The translations under genes and the position numbers were made by a program. Below the pieces are notes generated by a model. It did no database searches and was not told the origin of the DNA. It saw nothing but the letters and a program-made list of their open reading frames with translations. DNA of 64,000 bases from a virus. The stretch's first letter is position 1. The number at the start of each line of letters is the position of its first letter. This document shows, piece by piece, positions 1 to 10,128 of the stretch. The stretch spans positions 29,397-93,396 of IMG/VR virus record IMGVR_UViG_3300007214_000060; one strand, given 5' to 3'.

Positions 1-417
1 GCGTCAACCGTCGTAGAGGGCGTTAACACAGACAAGGCTCTTTCCGCTGGAACATTTGCTAAAAATACCCAGAGGCCAGTTGGTAAAAAAGTTACTGGCG
101 TTATAAATACAATACTAAATACATATCTATTGACTGGCGCTGCGGAACCAACTTTAATTCAGTCGGTTAAAAAGTCAAAAGTTTGCAATACTGGTACTTG
201 CGTTGATGGCGTTAGATCAAGATTGTCTAGTACCGCATTCCGAGATAATAAATACAATATTTATACTGGAAAATTTGAACTTGGATACCCAACGGTTCAG
301 TCAGATGAGTTTGAAGCAGACGCCGCCGCAAATGTTACAAGAGAAACTCCCGGTAGTTTAGTTTTCAATACTCAAAAGGGATCGTCTACTGTTAATTACA
401 GCAAAAAAACTGGCTGA
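1..417 (+). CDS. Hypothetical phage protein, 5'-truncated (probably virion-associated)
   Basis: Frame of ORF 130..417 is open back to base 1 (ASTVVEGVNTDKALSAGTF...); lies upstream of tail-fibre genes. Confidence 0.6.
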   Translation, partial: ASTVVEGVNTDKALSAGTFAKNTQRPVGKKVTGVINTILNTYLLTGAAEPTLIQSVKKSKVCNTGTCVDGVRSRLSSTAFRDNKYNIYTGKFELGYPTVQSDEFEADAAANVTRETPGSLVFNTQKGSSTVNYSKKTG

Positions 418-444
418 TTCAGTAAAACACACTGGTTTTAAAAT

Positions 445-765
445 ATGACAGACCACGTTATCCATTTGTGGAGCAACATTGCTACCACCAGTATTGGAAT
501 CATAGTTACTATGATGGGATTTTGGGTGGCCGTTGGTAGGAAAATGGTAACAAAAGATGATGTTATCGATCTAATTAAGAGTGAGAACTCTTATGAAAAA
601 GAAAAACAGTTTATAATGGAGAGATTGAATAGCAATAAAGAAATTCAATCCGCATTCGCTAATGCATTACAGCGTAACACTGATGTGCTAAATGAATTAA
701 AGGTTCAAATAGCAACCCTGGGCAAAACACTAGAAGCTTTAGAAGACAGAATTGAAAAAAGCTAG
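445..765 (+). CDS. Small membrane protein (one TM helix plus coiled coil)
   Basis: Hydrophobic IATTSIGIIVTMMGFWVAV followed by heptad-like C-terminus. Confidence 0.6.
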   Translation: MTDHVIHLWSNIATTSIGIIVTMMGFWVAVGRKMVTKDDVIDLIKSENSYEKEKQFIMERLNSNKEIQSAFANALQRNTDVLNELKVQIATLGKTLEALEDRIEKS

Positions 766-781
766 ACTAGTAGTTTAGTAT

Positions 782-796
782 GTGTATATTATATAC
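782..796 (+). promoter_or_regulatory. GTGTA-AT-rich motif, candidate phage late promoter/operator
   Basis: GTGTATATTATATAC in intergenic DNA; similar motifs at 9857, 12863 and 25292, each 38-66 nt upstream of a start codon. Confidence 0.35.
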
Positions 797-836
797 GAGC
801 ATACCCTATATCTGTATAATATTTAGGATATTTTAA

Positions 837-3578
837 ATGTCTACAAATCAACATACTATTATTCAATTACGTCGTGGAACAGCCGCTGAATGGAGCGCCA
901 GCAGCCCTCAACCGGGTGGAGAGATTCTTAAGCTTGGTGAACCAGGTTACGAAAAAGATACCGGTAAGCTAAAAATAGGAGATGGTTCAACTCCCTGGAA
1001 TAGTTTGCCTTATGTTGCTATTAGTGGTGGCGGAAGCACAATAGCCGCTGCTGTAGAATGGACTTCCAACCATACGACTGCCGACGGAACCAGGTATTTG
1101 GCTGGTGATCTTGTTTATAGTGCAGGATATTTGTATAGAGCTAAATTTGATAATGAAAGTGAGCCGGTTTCGAACACAACATACTGGCAAAATGTTGGTG
1201 CCGGCTACAGACTCAATATAGATGGGAGGGACATACAAAATATCCCATATCCAGTGACAAGTGTTAATGGTCAGACCGGAGAAGTAGAGATTAGTGGTGG
1301 TGGAGGTCCCTCAAATTTATCAGATCTAGAAGATGTACTTATTCAGGATTTATCTAATAATCAAATATTGAAATTCAATGGATCAGATTGGATAAATGCT
1401 CAGGATGGGTTGGGTAACATAACAGTAGACGGTACCCCTGGAACAACATATAAGGGTTTTCAGGCTAGCTATGGTAGGGTTTATTCTAATAGCTCTAGCG
1501 AAGAGCTTAATTTAAGTAAAATTATTATCTATAAAGAAACCCCAACCCCGGTAACAACAACAATAGATCCAACAAGTAGCAACGATACTTTTCAAGTAGA
1601 AGGATTAAATCCAAGTAATATAGTAGCTATGTTTGTGCTGTACGGGGATACTAACGGACCAAAAGAAATAGAAACACTTAAAAGTTTTACTGAAAGCGTT
1701 ATTGATAACGTGTTGTTAGATGGCGGCATTGAGGGATCGTTCAACACAATATCGGATATGAGATCCGCATTCTACAATAGCGCATCAGCATTAACAACAA
1801 CTGCTGACGGACTATATACTCAGTTTCAATTTTTTAATAACACATATACAGTGACAACTACCGGTGGAACTGGTTTTAATCTTAGTATATACTTTGAAAG
1901 AAATCCAACAAACGGTTTATTAATAAATCCGTCAATATCAGATGGTGGTTATGGATGGACTAATGGGTCAAACACAACCATACCAGGAACATCTATTGGT
2001 GGGGTTAGTCCGGATGATGATATTGCGATAACAATTGATGGCGTAGATGTGTCTGGTAGTGCTACCGCCATTACCATTGAACCCGGAGCGGTCATACCAG
2101 GAATATGGCCAACAAATAGTATTAGCGATGGAGGAGAAGACCAATACGATACTGCTAATTATATTAGTACAAACTTAGCGTCTAATATTAATTATGACGG
2201 CGGTCAAATCATAAGTGATGGAACAAGTAAGTTTGGTTACGGATCATCATATTGTTTCACATATATTCCTGGAATTTTTGGCTTACTCGTTACTGGAAAT
2301 AGCGCCAACTATGTTAGAACAAGCGGAAATAGCGGTGCTGATGGTAGTAGTTTAACTGATTGCGGAGACCTATACTCCCCCTCCACGTCCGCACAAACTT
2401 TCGACAATGCTATAAATCACATAAATTTAACGGGTACTCCGTATGCTAGTGGGCCAGTAGATTTTGTTCACACGGATAACGGTACAGAAATTGATATTTT
2501 AATTGCTGATGATGGATCAGGATCAGGCGTTGGAATAACAAGAAATAGTAATCAAGGAATATTTAATCCATATAGAGAAGAGGGTTGGAGTTCTAGCATT
2601 AGTCCAGACGGAACGTTGTGGAATACTGACGGGTGGTATAATTTATCGAATGTAACAACTAGATCGTATTCAAACCTATATACCGCATTTGGTTCCGGCG
2701 GACTAGGAAACAAAATAGTTGGAACACAGTGCGTTATGTATTTACCAGATAACGGGAAATACTACACTGTAAAATTTACACAATGGACACAAAATGGAAA
2801 TGGTGGTGGATTTGCTTATACAAGAAGAGAGTTGGATATTTCGCAATTACAAGAGGGTATAAGATTTGCTGATGGAACACGACTAACATCTGCTTCTGGT
2901 GTGGGTCCATTAAAATCCACAGCCGCTAGCAATAGACGAATAGAAGAAGCTGTTGGATACAAGGTTGTTAATGTTACTTCTAGAAATCCTGAAACAATAT
3001 CAACAACATTATCAAGATCTGTTACTAATGATTATGGTATATGGATAGATATTCCCACAAGTCTTATTGATGAAATAATCGATAATCCTACAGCTAATGG
3101 GGCAGTAGCTGATACTTTCTATTTTAGCTTGGACAATAACACATGGTACAAATGGAGTGGTAGCACAGGATTTTCTGGTAGTGAGAGGAACTACAGCTTA
3201 CAAGGCGATCCGTCTTTAACTTACAATGCTGGAGACACAGTTTATTTTCGTTATGATACTGGTGGATCTCCTGTAGTTTGGTGGGATGCAGCAGAACTGC
3301 CGAGCGGTTCAACCAATTTTAGAGGAGCTATTATAGATTATCATGCTTATAGTGGAGAAGCAACAATAATCGGGACTATTCAGATTGTGGATGATAGTGG
3401 AGAAAAACACATATCACATACCGAAGTAGCTAGTGGTAGCACAGATAGTGAAAACGACGATTTATGGCTCGTACAAAATGAGGGTACTATTAGCTATCGT
3501 AGAATAGATGGTGAAAGTAAAACCCTTAAAGTTCACTGGAGCGCTAAAGTATTTTATGGTAGTGAATTTTACGACTAA
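837..3578 (+). CDS. Tail fibre / receptor-binding protein with Mtd_N/hyaluronidase-like N-terminal domain and CBM-like module
   Basis: IQLRRGTAAEW...GEPGYEKDTGKLKIGDGSTPWNSLPY N-terminal motif; W...Y..GDLVY....YRAK module; VTSVNGQTG and LSDLEDV fibre motifs; G/S/T/N-rich. Confidence 0.75.
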   Translation: MSTNQHTIIQLRRGTAAEWSASSPQPGGEILKLGEPGYEKDTGKLKIGDGSTPWNSLPYVAISGGGSTIAAAVEWTSNHTTADGTRYLAGDLVYSAGYLYRAKFDNESEPVSNTTYWQNVGAGYRLNIDGRDIQNIPYPVTSVNGQTGEVEISGGGGPSNLSDLEDVLIQDLSNNQILKFNGSDWINAQDGLGNITVDGTPGTTYKGFQASYGRVYSNSSSEELNLSKIIIYKETPTPVTTTIDPTSSNDTFQVEGLNPSNIVAMFVLYGDTNGPKEIETLKSFTESVIDNVLLDGGIEGSFNTISDMRSAFYNSASALTTTADGLYTQFQFFNNTYTVTTTGGTGFNLSIYFERNPTNGLLINPSISDGGYGWTNGSNTTIPGTSIGGVSPDDDIAITIDGVDVSGSATAITIEPGAVIPGIWPTNSISDGGEDQYDTANYISTNLASNINYDGGQIISDGTSKFGYGSSYCFTYIPGIFGLLVTGNSANYVRTSGNSGADGSSLTDCGDLYSPSTSAQTFDNAINHINLTGTPYASGPVDFVHTDNGTEIDILIADDGSGSGVGITRNSNQGIFNPYREEGWSSSISPDGTLWNTDGWYNLSNVTTRSYSNLYTAFGSGGLGNKIVGTQCVMYLPDNGKYYTVKFTQWTQNGNGGGFAYTRRELDISQLQEGIRFADGTRLTSASGVGPLKSTAASNRRIEEAVGYKVVNVTSRNPETISTTLSRSVTNDYGIWIDIPTSLIDEIIDNPTANGAVADTFYFSLDNNTWYKWSGSTGFSGSERNYSLQGDPSLTYNAGDTVYFRYDTGGSPVVWWDAAELPSGSTNFRGAIIDYHAYSGEATIIGTIQIVDDSGEKHISHTEVASGSTDSENDDLWLVQNEGTISYRRIDGESKTLKVHWSAKVFYGSEFYD
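1050..1256 (+). repeat. 69-codon module, copy 1 (copy 2 at 4730-4936)
   Basis: Ungapped match, 49/69 aa identical by hand count. Confidence 0.85.
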
Positions 3579-3592
3579 TAAGGTAAAAAATA

Positions 3593-6500
3593 ATGACAAC
3601 TATTAGAAAAATAACAACAAGTCAAATAGATGGCAATGATGCCAACACCGACAACACAAGCGAAATTCGTCCTTATGGTGAAATTGGTTTGTATCAAGGT
3701 AACAACAATAAATTAGAACTATTAATTAGTGATGGCCAGCGCACCCATTTTAAAAGTAAGGTGCTAGCCAAGGGAACTTTCTATGGTGGCGATGCTGATA
3801 GTGCCGACGGTAATAATTATGATACAATTAAACTAATTCCAGATGTTGGATTAGTAGGCGGTGGTAGTGATCAATATATTATCGTTGATCCAACAGCGCC
3901 AGGTCATGTTCACTTACGAGCTGGCGGAACTATAGACAACAGCAATGCTGACCTTATGATTGGCGGAGAAAATAGTTATGTTAGAATTAATAGCGGAAGT
4001 AATCCTCCGATACAGATATCGTCAAATAGCAAGATCTGGACTTTTGGTCAAGACGGATCGCTAACAGTGCCGGGGCCGGTTCAGAACGAAAACAATCTTG
4101 AATTAAAAGCCGGAACCGCAACGTATACCGTTCAATTTATAGGTCAAATAGACAACGGGTTTGGTGGCGAGCCTGGAGCAACTCTGCACGTTACTTCCAT
4201 AATTAATGGAACAATTACTGATGGTATGACCATATATGGACAAGGATTACCGTCAGAAGGCTTAGTATTAAACTTCGGCACAGTTATGGCTCCTCAAGGC
4301 GATGGAGGAATTGGTAATTATTATCTTCCAGGAGCTAACTATCTAATAGAATCACAAACATTCAATAATGGAGATGGTACAAATAACACTTGGACATTTA
4401 CCACTACTAATAGGGAATTTATATCACCAAACGGAGCAACAATAGGAGCGGCTGGTGAAGGATTTCCAGCTTTTTATAATACCGGAACTAATAATCCTGT
4501 GGTGGTATTAAATAAAAACATAGATAGTGGCGCAGATGTAGCTGGGATAACTCTTCAACAATCAATAACATCCGACAACGGAGGCTTGGCTAGTGTTGTT
4601 GTTGCGGCAACAGGCGTTGATTCTTATGAATATTGGCATTTTAAAGATACTGGTGTTTTAGAATTAGGATCGGGCGGATTAAAATTTAGCGATAACACAA
4701 CGCAGAATACTGCACCAGTTAGTCCTGGTGCTGTTGATTGGACAGCTAATCACACCACTATTGATGGAACAAGATATTTAGTAAATGATATTGTTTATAG
4801 TTCTGGTACTATCTATAGGGCTAAATTAGAAAATGAAAGTTTGCCAGTTACAGATGATACATACTGGGAAAGCTTAGGGTCCGGATACAGACTTAATATT
4901 GATGGAAGAGATATACCTAATATTCCATATCCGGTTGAAGATATAGTGGCCGGCACCAACATTTCTGTAACAGAAGATCCAACCGGCACATTTACCATTA
5001 ATGCTTCTAATGATATAGCTCTGGATACTTTAGAACCAGATGGATTTGTTAATAGAACCGATAGCCAAATATCTTTCAACGATAGTAGTAGAGAATTTAC
5101 TATATCTCCTAAATCTCCAGCAACAAGTTATGCTATATATAATAATGGACTAAAGGTTGTTAAAAGCTCTACAGAAACTGTGGCTTTACCAAATACAACC
5201 GCGCTATATTATATACATTTTGATAAGAGTGATAATAGTCTATCTTATAAAACCACAGGATTTGATTTCTCAACAGATATTCCAATTGCTCAGATCTATT
5301 ACAATACCGATTCCGGTAAGGCGGTATATTTTGGTGAAGAGCGTCACGGAATTCGCATGGACGCTGCTACTCATAAATATTTACATAATGTTTTTGGTAC
5401 TCAATATATAAATGGATTAAGCATTAGTAATTATACATTAAGTGGAGATGGATCTAGTAATAGTGATGCTATTATAGCAATTAGTGATGGCTTAATATAT
5501 GATGAAGATATTGAAGCAAATATTGCTCACAGCGATACTCCCAACGATCCATTTGAGCAAATTCTTTATCCTATAGCTCAATTACCGGTTTATTATAAAG
5601 CTGGAGCATCTGCCGCGTGGACAGATACCACCGCCAACAACTATCCTGTAAAAACCGGAACAACTATTCAGTATAATCTAAATACTGGTGGAACTTGGAC
5701 ACCTAGCGACAGTCCTAATCCAAATAACAATAGATACATAGCTTACTGGATATGTGCAACAACCCAAGAAAATGCCCCAGTTATTAGCATTATGGGTCAA
5801 AGAATAGATAGTAGTCTAGAACAAGCACAAAGTAACAACAGTTGGGGCGGCCTTGATTTAACTGGTCTACCAATAGTGGAACTAAGACCACTATATAGAC
5901 TAATATACGATACAAAAAGCACATTCACCAATACTCCAAGGGGATTTTTAGTAGATATATTAGATATTAGAAGTCATATTGATACTGTTACCGGATTAAC
6001 TCAAAATGATCATGGAAGTTTGTACGGGTTGGCTGATGATGATCATTCACAATATGTTCACATCGATAATGCTAGAACAATTAGCGCCGTTCATACATTT
6101 ACCGATGGATTTAATGTTGGCAACCTAAATGTGGATGGTAATACTATAATTAGTACTGATACTAATGGTAATATAGCAATTACTCCTAATGGTACTGGCG
6201 AAGTTGATATTAGCAAAGTAGATATAGACGGTGGGTCTATAGATGGAGCGGCTATTGGCGCAAATAGTGCGTCCACAGGCAAATTTACCCAACTATATCC
6301 AACCGTTGTTAATAATGGTAGTGTTAGTGGATCAGTAGGTACAGATGTTAGTACGGGACAGATTTTTGATATGACTTTAACAGGAGCAACAACACTAAAT
6401 CTTCCCACAAACCCTGTTGATGGTGTTACAATTCGTTGGAGAATAACTCAAGATGGCACTGGTGGTCACTCTGTTTCTCTACACGCTGATTTTGTTATTC

Positions 6501-6622
6501 CATCATCTGCTAGTAGTCCGTTGCCTTGGAGCACAGCAGCTAACGCCACCGACATATTAGCAGCAACTTATCATGCTACCAGAGCCAAGTGGGATGTGGT
6601 AGCTTTCGTACCCGGTTATTAA
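3593..6622 (+). CDS. Tail fibre / virion adhesin protein
   Basis: G/T/S/N-rich mosaic; shares module with 837..3578; DHGSLYGLADDDHSQY motif; C-terminal ITQDGTGGHSV...WSTAANATDIL domain typical of phage fibre ends. Confidence 0.7.
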   Translation: MTTIRKITTSQIDGNDANTDNTSEIRPYGEIGLYQGNNNKLELLISDGQRTHFKSKVLAKGTFYGGDADSADGNNYDTIKLIPDVGLVGGGSDQYIIVDPTAPGHVHLRAGGTIDNSNADLMIGGENSYVRINSGSNPPIQISSNSKIWTFGQDGSLTVPGPVQNENNLELKAGTATYTVQFIGQIDNGFGGEPGATLHVTSIINGTITDGMTIYGQGLPSEGLVLNFGTVMAPQGDGGIGNYYLPGANYLIESQTFNNGDGTNNTWTFTTTNREFISPNGATIGAAGEGFPAFYNTGTNNPVVVLNKNIDSGADVAGITLQQSITSDNGGLASVVVAATGVDSYEYWHFKDTGVLELGSGGLKFSDNTTQNTAPVSPGAVDWTANHTTIDGTRYLVNDIVYSSGTIYRAKLENESLPVTDDTYWESLGSGYRLNIDGRDIPNIPYPVEDIVAGTNISVTEDPTGTFTINASNDIALDTLEPDGFVNRTDSQISFNDSSREFTISPKSPATSYAIYNNGLKVVKSSTETVALPNTTALYYIHFDKSDNSLSYKTTGFDFSTDIPIAQIYYNTDSGKAVYFGEERHGIRMDAATHKYLHNVFGTQYINGLSISNYTLSGDGSSNSDAIIAISDGLIYDEDIEANIAHSDTPNDPFEQILYPIAQLPVYYKAGASAAWTDTTANNYPVKTGTTIQYNLNTGGTWTPSDSPNPNNNRYIAYWICATTQENAPVISIMGQRIDSSLEQAQSNNSWGGLDLTGLPIVELRPLYRLIYDTKSTFTNTPRGFLVDILDIRSHIDTVTGLTQNDHGSLYGLADDDHSQYVHIDNARTISAVHTFTDGFNVGNLNVDGNTIISTDTNGNIAITPNGTGEVDISKVDIDGGSIDGAAIGANSASTGKFTQLYPTVVNNGSVSGSVGTDVSTGQIFDMTLTGATTLNLPTNPVDGVTIRWRITQDGTGGHSVSLHADFVIPSSASSPLPWSTAANATDILAATYHATRAKWDVVAFVPGY
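4730..4936 (+). repeat. 69-codon module, copy 2
   Basis: AVDWTANHTTIDGTRY...YRLNIDGRDIPNIPYPV matches 1050-1256. Confidence 0.85.
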
Positions 6623-6637
6623 TAGTGGAGAAAAAAG

Positions 6638-6958
6638 ATGAATTTAAATCAACCAATAATTGTTACTCCTGATCCTATTCGCAAAAGAAACGGATCGTTA
6701 AAAAATCTACCAAGTATTACTCTTAATAGTCTATATTTTGTTATACTAGATGATGTTAATAAAAAAACTTGCAGTGTGAGAATTAAACCGTTCCCTGTTC
6801 CGCTAGTATTGTGGAGCGGAGATTCGTATGATCTTGCTGGTGATTATACTCAAGCGGCCTTGGAGGCTAGACTTTTAGAAGTTTTAGGAAATGATCCAGC
6901 ATCCGTACTAAAAGGACTGGTTCCAAAGAACGAAATAGTTGTACAATCATTAACATGA
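6638..6958 (+). CDS. Hypothetical protein, possible tail-fibre assembly chaperone
   Basis: GGAG RBS; small ORF directly after a fibre gene (positional inference). Confidence 0.45.
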   Translation: MNLNQPIIVTPDPIRKRNGSLKNLPSITLNSLYFVILDDVNKKTCSVRIKPFPVPLVLWSGDSYDLAGDYTQAALEARLLEVLGNDPASVLKGLVPKNEIVVQSLT

Positions 6959-6966
6959 GGATATAA

Positions 6967-9636
6967 ATGGCCACATATTATTTTAGAGGTAGCGTAGACT
7001 CCAATTGGGACACGCCAAACAACTGGTGGGATGATCCTTCCGCTGGAAATCAAGGATTTACTCCATCATCAATCGATGATGCCGTAATATTGGCTACTCT
7101 TACGACAGCATCTAGCTCCACCATAACTGTTAATTCTATAACTATTAATAGTGGTGGATCAATAAGTGGACTTAGTGTCCCGGTTGTGGCAAATGTAGAG
7201 TGTGCGAATGGCGGTACTATTGAGCCGCTAGGCGTTTTTACAATGACCGGTGATCTATTATTTTCCGGTTCTGGATCAACATTAAATTCATCGGCAACAG
7301 ATTATATTTATATAATCACCGGGAATTTATCGTTTAGTGGTACGTGGTCTGGAAGTGTTGATTATATCAACGGTAGTGGCGGCGACACTATATATTATTA
7401 TGGATATACTGGAACAGCTAGTAATTTATCTGTGGTGGGCAGTGTTCTTTATGCTGGGTATCCGACTTTATACTACAATAATTCATCTGCTGATGGCGAT
7501 TGGGGAAATTATTTAAATTGGTGGGTAGATAGCGGATACTCTCAACGATCAGCTAATATCCCAGGACCATCTGATGATGTTTATGTGGCTGGTACCGTTA
7601 CTGGAGGTAGTGAAACGGTCAATAGTGCTACTTTTTCTGGTGGATATACCATAACTATTAATTTGAATGTAACTAATGATGTTACATTTATAGATAATAA
7701 TTATGGAGACGGTTTGTCAAATGTAGGCATAGTAGCAAATAATGTTTACTTTAATAGTCCAAACGGATCATATTCAATACAAGCAAGTGCTTCTATTAAT
7801 TTTGGAAATGAATGTAGACTTACTGGTTCCTCAACCAATTCTGGTACGATAGCGGCAAACGGAAACGGATTAGGTGCTACGTATTTTGATGATACTAGTA
7901 TTAATGATGGATATGTAGGTACTAACCCTAGTCTGCCATACACTGTGGATTTTAGTGATAGCTCAACAAACCTCGGTACTGTAAATATAAACACTAATGT
8001 TAACTATCCAGTAAATCGTAACACTTTTAATGCTGGTACTATTAATGGTGCTATAACTTATGTGAATTATCCTAGCAATTTTTATTTTTATGGTGGAAAC
8101 GACTGGAACAACACATCGTTCTGGTGGACAGGTAGTTTAGGAACAGGAGATAATGCTGGTTATGTTCCTGGCGCTCTTGATACCGTTATCATACAAGCTG
8201 CTCCAAGCATCACAGCAAACGATATTTATGTGGATAATATGACCATAGATGGCCCAGCATTTATTCTAGCGAATAACTCATATACTGTTTATGTTACCAA
8301 TCTTCTTACTGTGCAAAACGGGTCAGTTGGCGACGGAATGACCGGAACAAATATAGTTTCAGCATCAGCAACATTTAATAATGCTTCTAGAATATGGACC
8401 GGATCCAATTTAACGGTTTCAGCTGGATGTTCGTTTAATGGCACTAGCGATATAGATAATGGTTCTGTAACTGGAGAAGTTTACTTCTATGATAGCAGCA
8501 CATTTAGCGGCGGAACAATAACGGGAAACGCTACTGTATATTCTCCTCATCCAGCCCCACTAGTGGTTGGTGGCACAATAACCGGATCACTAAGCTATAG
8601 TGGATATCCTAATCGAACAGTATATTACAACGGCGCTGTTGATTCAACATGGTCAACAGTTGGCAATTGGTGGGATGATGATACTTATAGCACACCAGCA
8701 GCATACGCCCCAGATAGTGCAATATCTTTGGACCATGTTGTTATTAGTTCCAATATAACCTCAGGTACTACACCCGCCCCAACGGTTGATTCAATGCTTG
8801 TAAAAGGTAGTGCGGATGTGAGTATAGATATTACTTGTTATACAGCAACATTTGAAGATAGTTCAACATTTAGTTATTACAACCATACCTATTTATATCC
8901 ACAATCCGTTTTAACACAAGTTAATGCTGGTACTGTTAGCATAACATTTAGTGAATTGTCTGGTAATTATGGTACGATCTATGTTGCAGATTATGGAGCA
9001 GCAAACACGAATAATCCGCCCGTAGTATTTGAAGACGGAGCATATGTGGGTGGTGGTGGTGCTATTTATGGAAACGTACACATATACTATCCAGTAGATT
9101 TACCATATGATATGACAATAAATTATGGCTCAGTAACATATTTCGGATATACATATTATTTTAATGATAGTGTTGGAGCTTCTCCTAGCAATGATGGAGA
9201 TTGGAATAATGGTAATAATTGGTATTTAGATAGCGCCAACTCGGCTGGTGCTGGTAATCCTCCTACAGAAACTTATCCTGGAGAGAATGTTATTCTACAA
9301 ACATCCGTAACAACAAGTACTGGTGGCTCACCAACAGCCTACAATCTTAGTTGTGGTGCTAATAGTTCATTATCAATAACTAATATAGGTATAACTGTGA
9401 ATGGATTAGCAACCTTTGAAAACGGCGGAATTCTTGGAAACGCAGCAACCATTAATGGCCACGCATTATTTAAAGATACTAGCACATGCCAAGACGGTTC
9501 TGTTGTTTATTTCACCACTTTCACGTTATCGTCAGCAGCAGAAATGATATATAATGGATACAATGGCAGTTATGTAGTTGTGCAATTTGAATATGGTAAG
9601 GGAGTTAACGGATCTAGCATTCTTGGAATAGTCTAA
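6967..9636 (+). CDS. Repetitive beta-helix-like virion/adhesin protein with five W..NW(W) repeats
   Basis: Five units starting Y[YF]...D..W....NW[WY].D, each followed by G/N/S/T-rich strands; GAGG RBS. Confidence 0.6.
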   Translation: MATYYFRGSVDSNWDTPNNWWDDPSAGNQGFTPSSIDDAVILATLTTASSSTITVNSITINSGGSISGLSVPVVANVECANGGTIEPLGVFTMTGDLLFSGSGSTLNSSATDYIYIITGNLSFSGTWSGSVDYINGSGGDTIYYYGYTGTASNLSVVGSVLYAGYPTLYYNNSSADGDWGNYLNWWVDSGYSQRSANIPGPSDDVYVAGTVTGGSETVNSATFSGGYTITINLNVTNDVTFIDNNYGDGLSNVGIVANNVYFNSPNGSYSIQASASINFGNECRLTGSSTNSGTIAANGNGLGATYFDDTSINDGYVGTNPSLPYTVDFSDSSTNLGTVNINTNVNYPVNRNTFNAGTINGAITYVNYPSNFYFYGGNDWNNTSFWWTGSLGTGDNAGYVPGALDTVIIQAAPSITANDIYVDNMTIDGPAFILANNSYTVYVTNLLTVQNGSVGDGMTGTNIVSASATFNNASRIWTGSNLTVSAGCSFNGTSDIDNGSVTGEVYFYDSSTFSGGTITGNATVYSPHPAPLVVGGTITGSLSYSGYPNRTVYYNGAVDSTWSTVGNWWDDDTYSTPAAYAPDSAISLDHVVISSNITSGTTPAPTVDSMLVKGSADVSIDITCYTATFEDSSTFSYYNHTYLYPQSVLTQVNAGTVSITFSELSGNYGTIYVADYGAANTNNPPVVFEDGAYVGGGGAIYGNVHIYYPVDLPYDMTINYGSVTYFGYTYYFNDSVGASPSNDGDWNNGNNWYLDSANSAGAGNPPTETYPGENVILQTSVTTSTGGSPTAYNLSCGANSSLSITNIGITVNGLATFENGGILGNAATINGHALFKDTSTCQDGSVVYFTTFTLSSAAEMIYNGYNGSYVVVQFEYGKGVNGSSILGIV

Positions 9637-9852
9637 ATCCATTGAGTGTCTTCTTCAAGATCTTTAGAAACTTTGATTTTTGGTTCAGAAGATCCACCAG
9701 AATAACACCGTAAATCAAACATCGGTACTTCTTTGCCAAACTATTCCAAAAGTTAAATTTTCTGGGTATTTTGCGTTACACAAGGCGCTATTAAGCGTTG
9801 GTAAAAGTTCAGGATCTCTATAGGACGCGATTTGTATAAAAATTTTAGTCAT
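9633..9852 (-). pseudogene. Relic of a GT60/Gnt1-like (GT-A fold) GlcNAc-transferase
   Basis: Hand translation from ATG at 9852: MTKIFIQIASYRDPELLPTLNSALCNAKYPENLTFGIVWQRSTDV* (TGA 9715-9717), matching the IF..IASYRDP N-terminal motif; shifted frame continues to TAG at 9633-9635. Confidence 0.65.
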
Positions 9853-9856
9853 AATG

Positions 9857-9870
9857 GTGTATATCTATAC
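9857..9870 (+). promoter_or_regulatory. GTGTA motif, candidate late promoter/operator
   Basis: GTGTATATCTATAC containing inverted repeat GTATA-nn-TATAC, between divergent genes. Confidence 0.35.
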
Positions 9871-9903
9871 TAGTTGTTTATTTACCACGAGAAAGGCTAT
9901 ATT

Positions 9904-10128
9904 ATGGCTAATGATATTATGTCTATAGATCCCACCAAGCCAATCAATGTTGAATATGTTGTTTGTTCAGCATTGCCAACCGGCAAAACAAGCAAACTCC
10001 TAAGATTTGGTTATTATTCTCAAAATTTAACAATAGAAAATATAGAAAATAAATATGAGAATAGATTTGATGATCCTAGTTATTATTATGGTAGTGGTGG
10101 TGTTGATGGTGGAGACGTATCAACATGA
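9904..10128 (+). CDS. Hypothetical protein
   Basis: ATG at 9904 preceded by GAAAGG; stop overlaps next start (ATGA). Confidence 0.55.
   Translation: MANDIMSIDPTKPINVEYVVCSALPTGKTSKLLRFGYYSQNLTIENIENKYENRFDDPSYYYGSGGVDGGDVST

Noticed and set aside
837-4936. Diversity-generating retroelement (Mtd_N-like domain plus 207-nt repeat as TR/VR)
   Set aside because: No reverse transcriptase in the window; both copies are coding and internal; differences are not restricted to adenines
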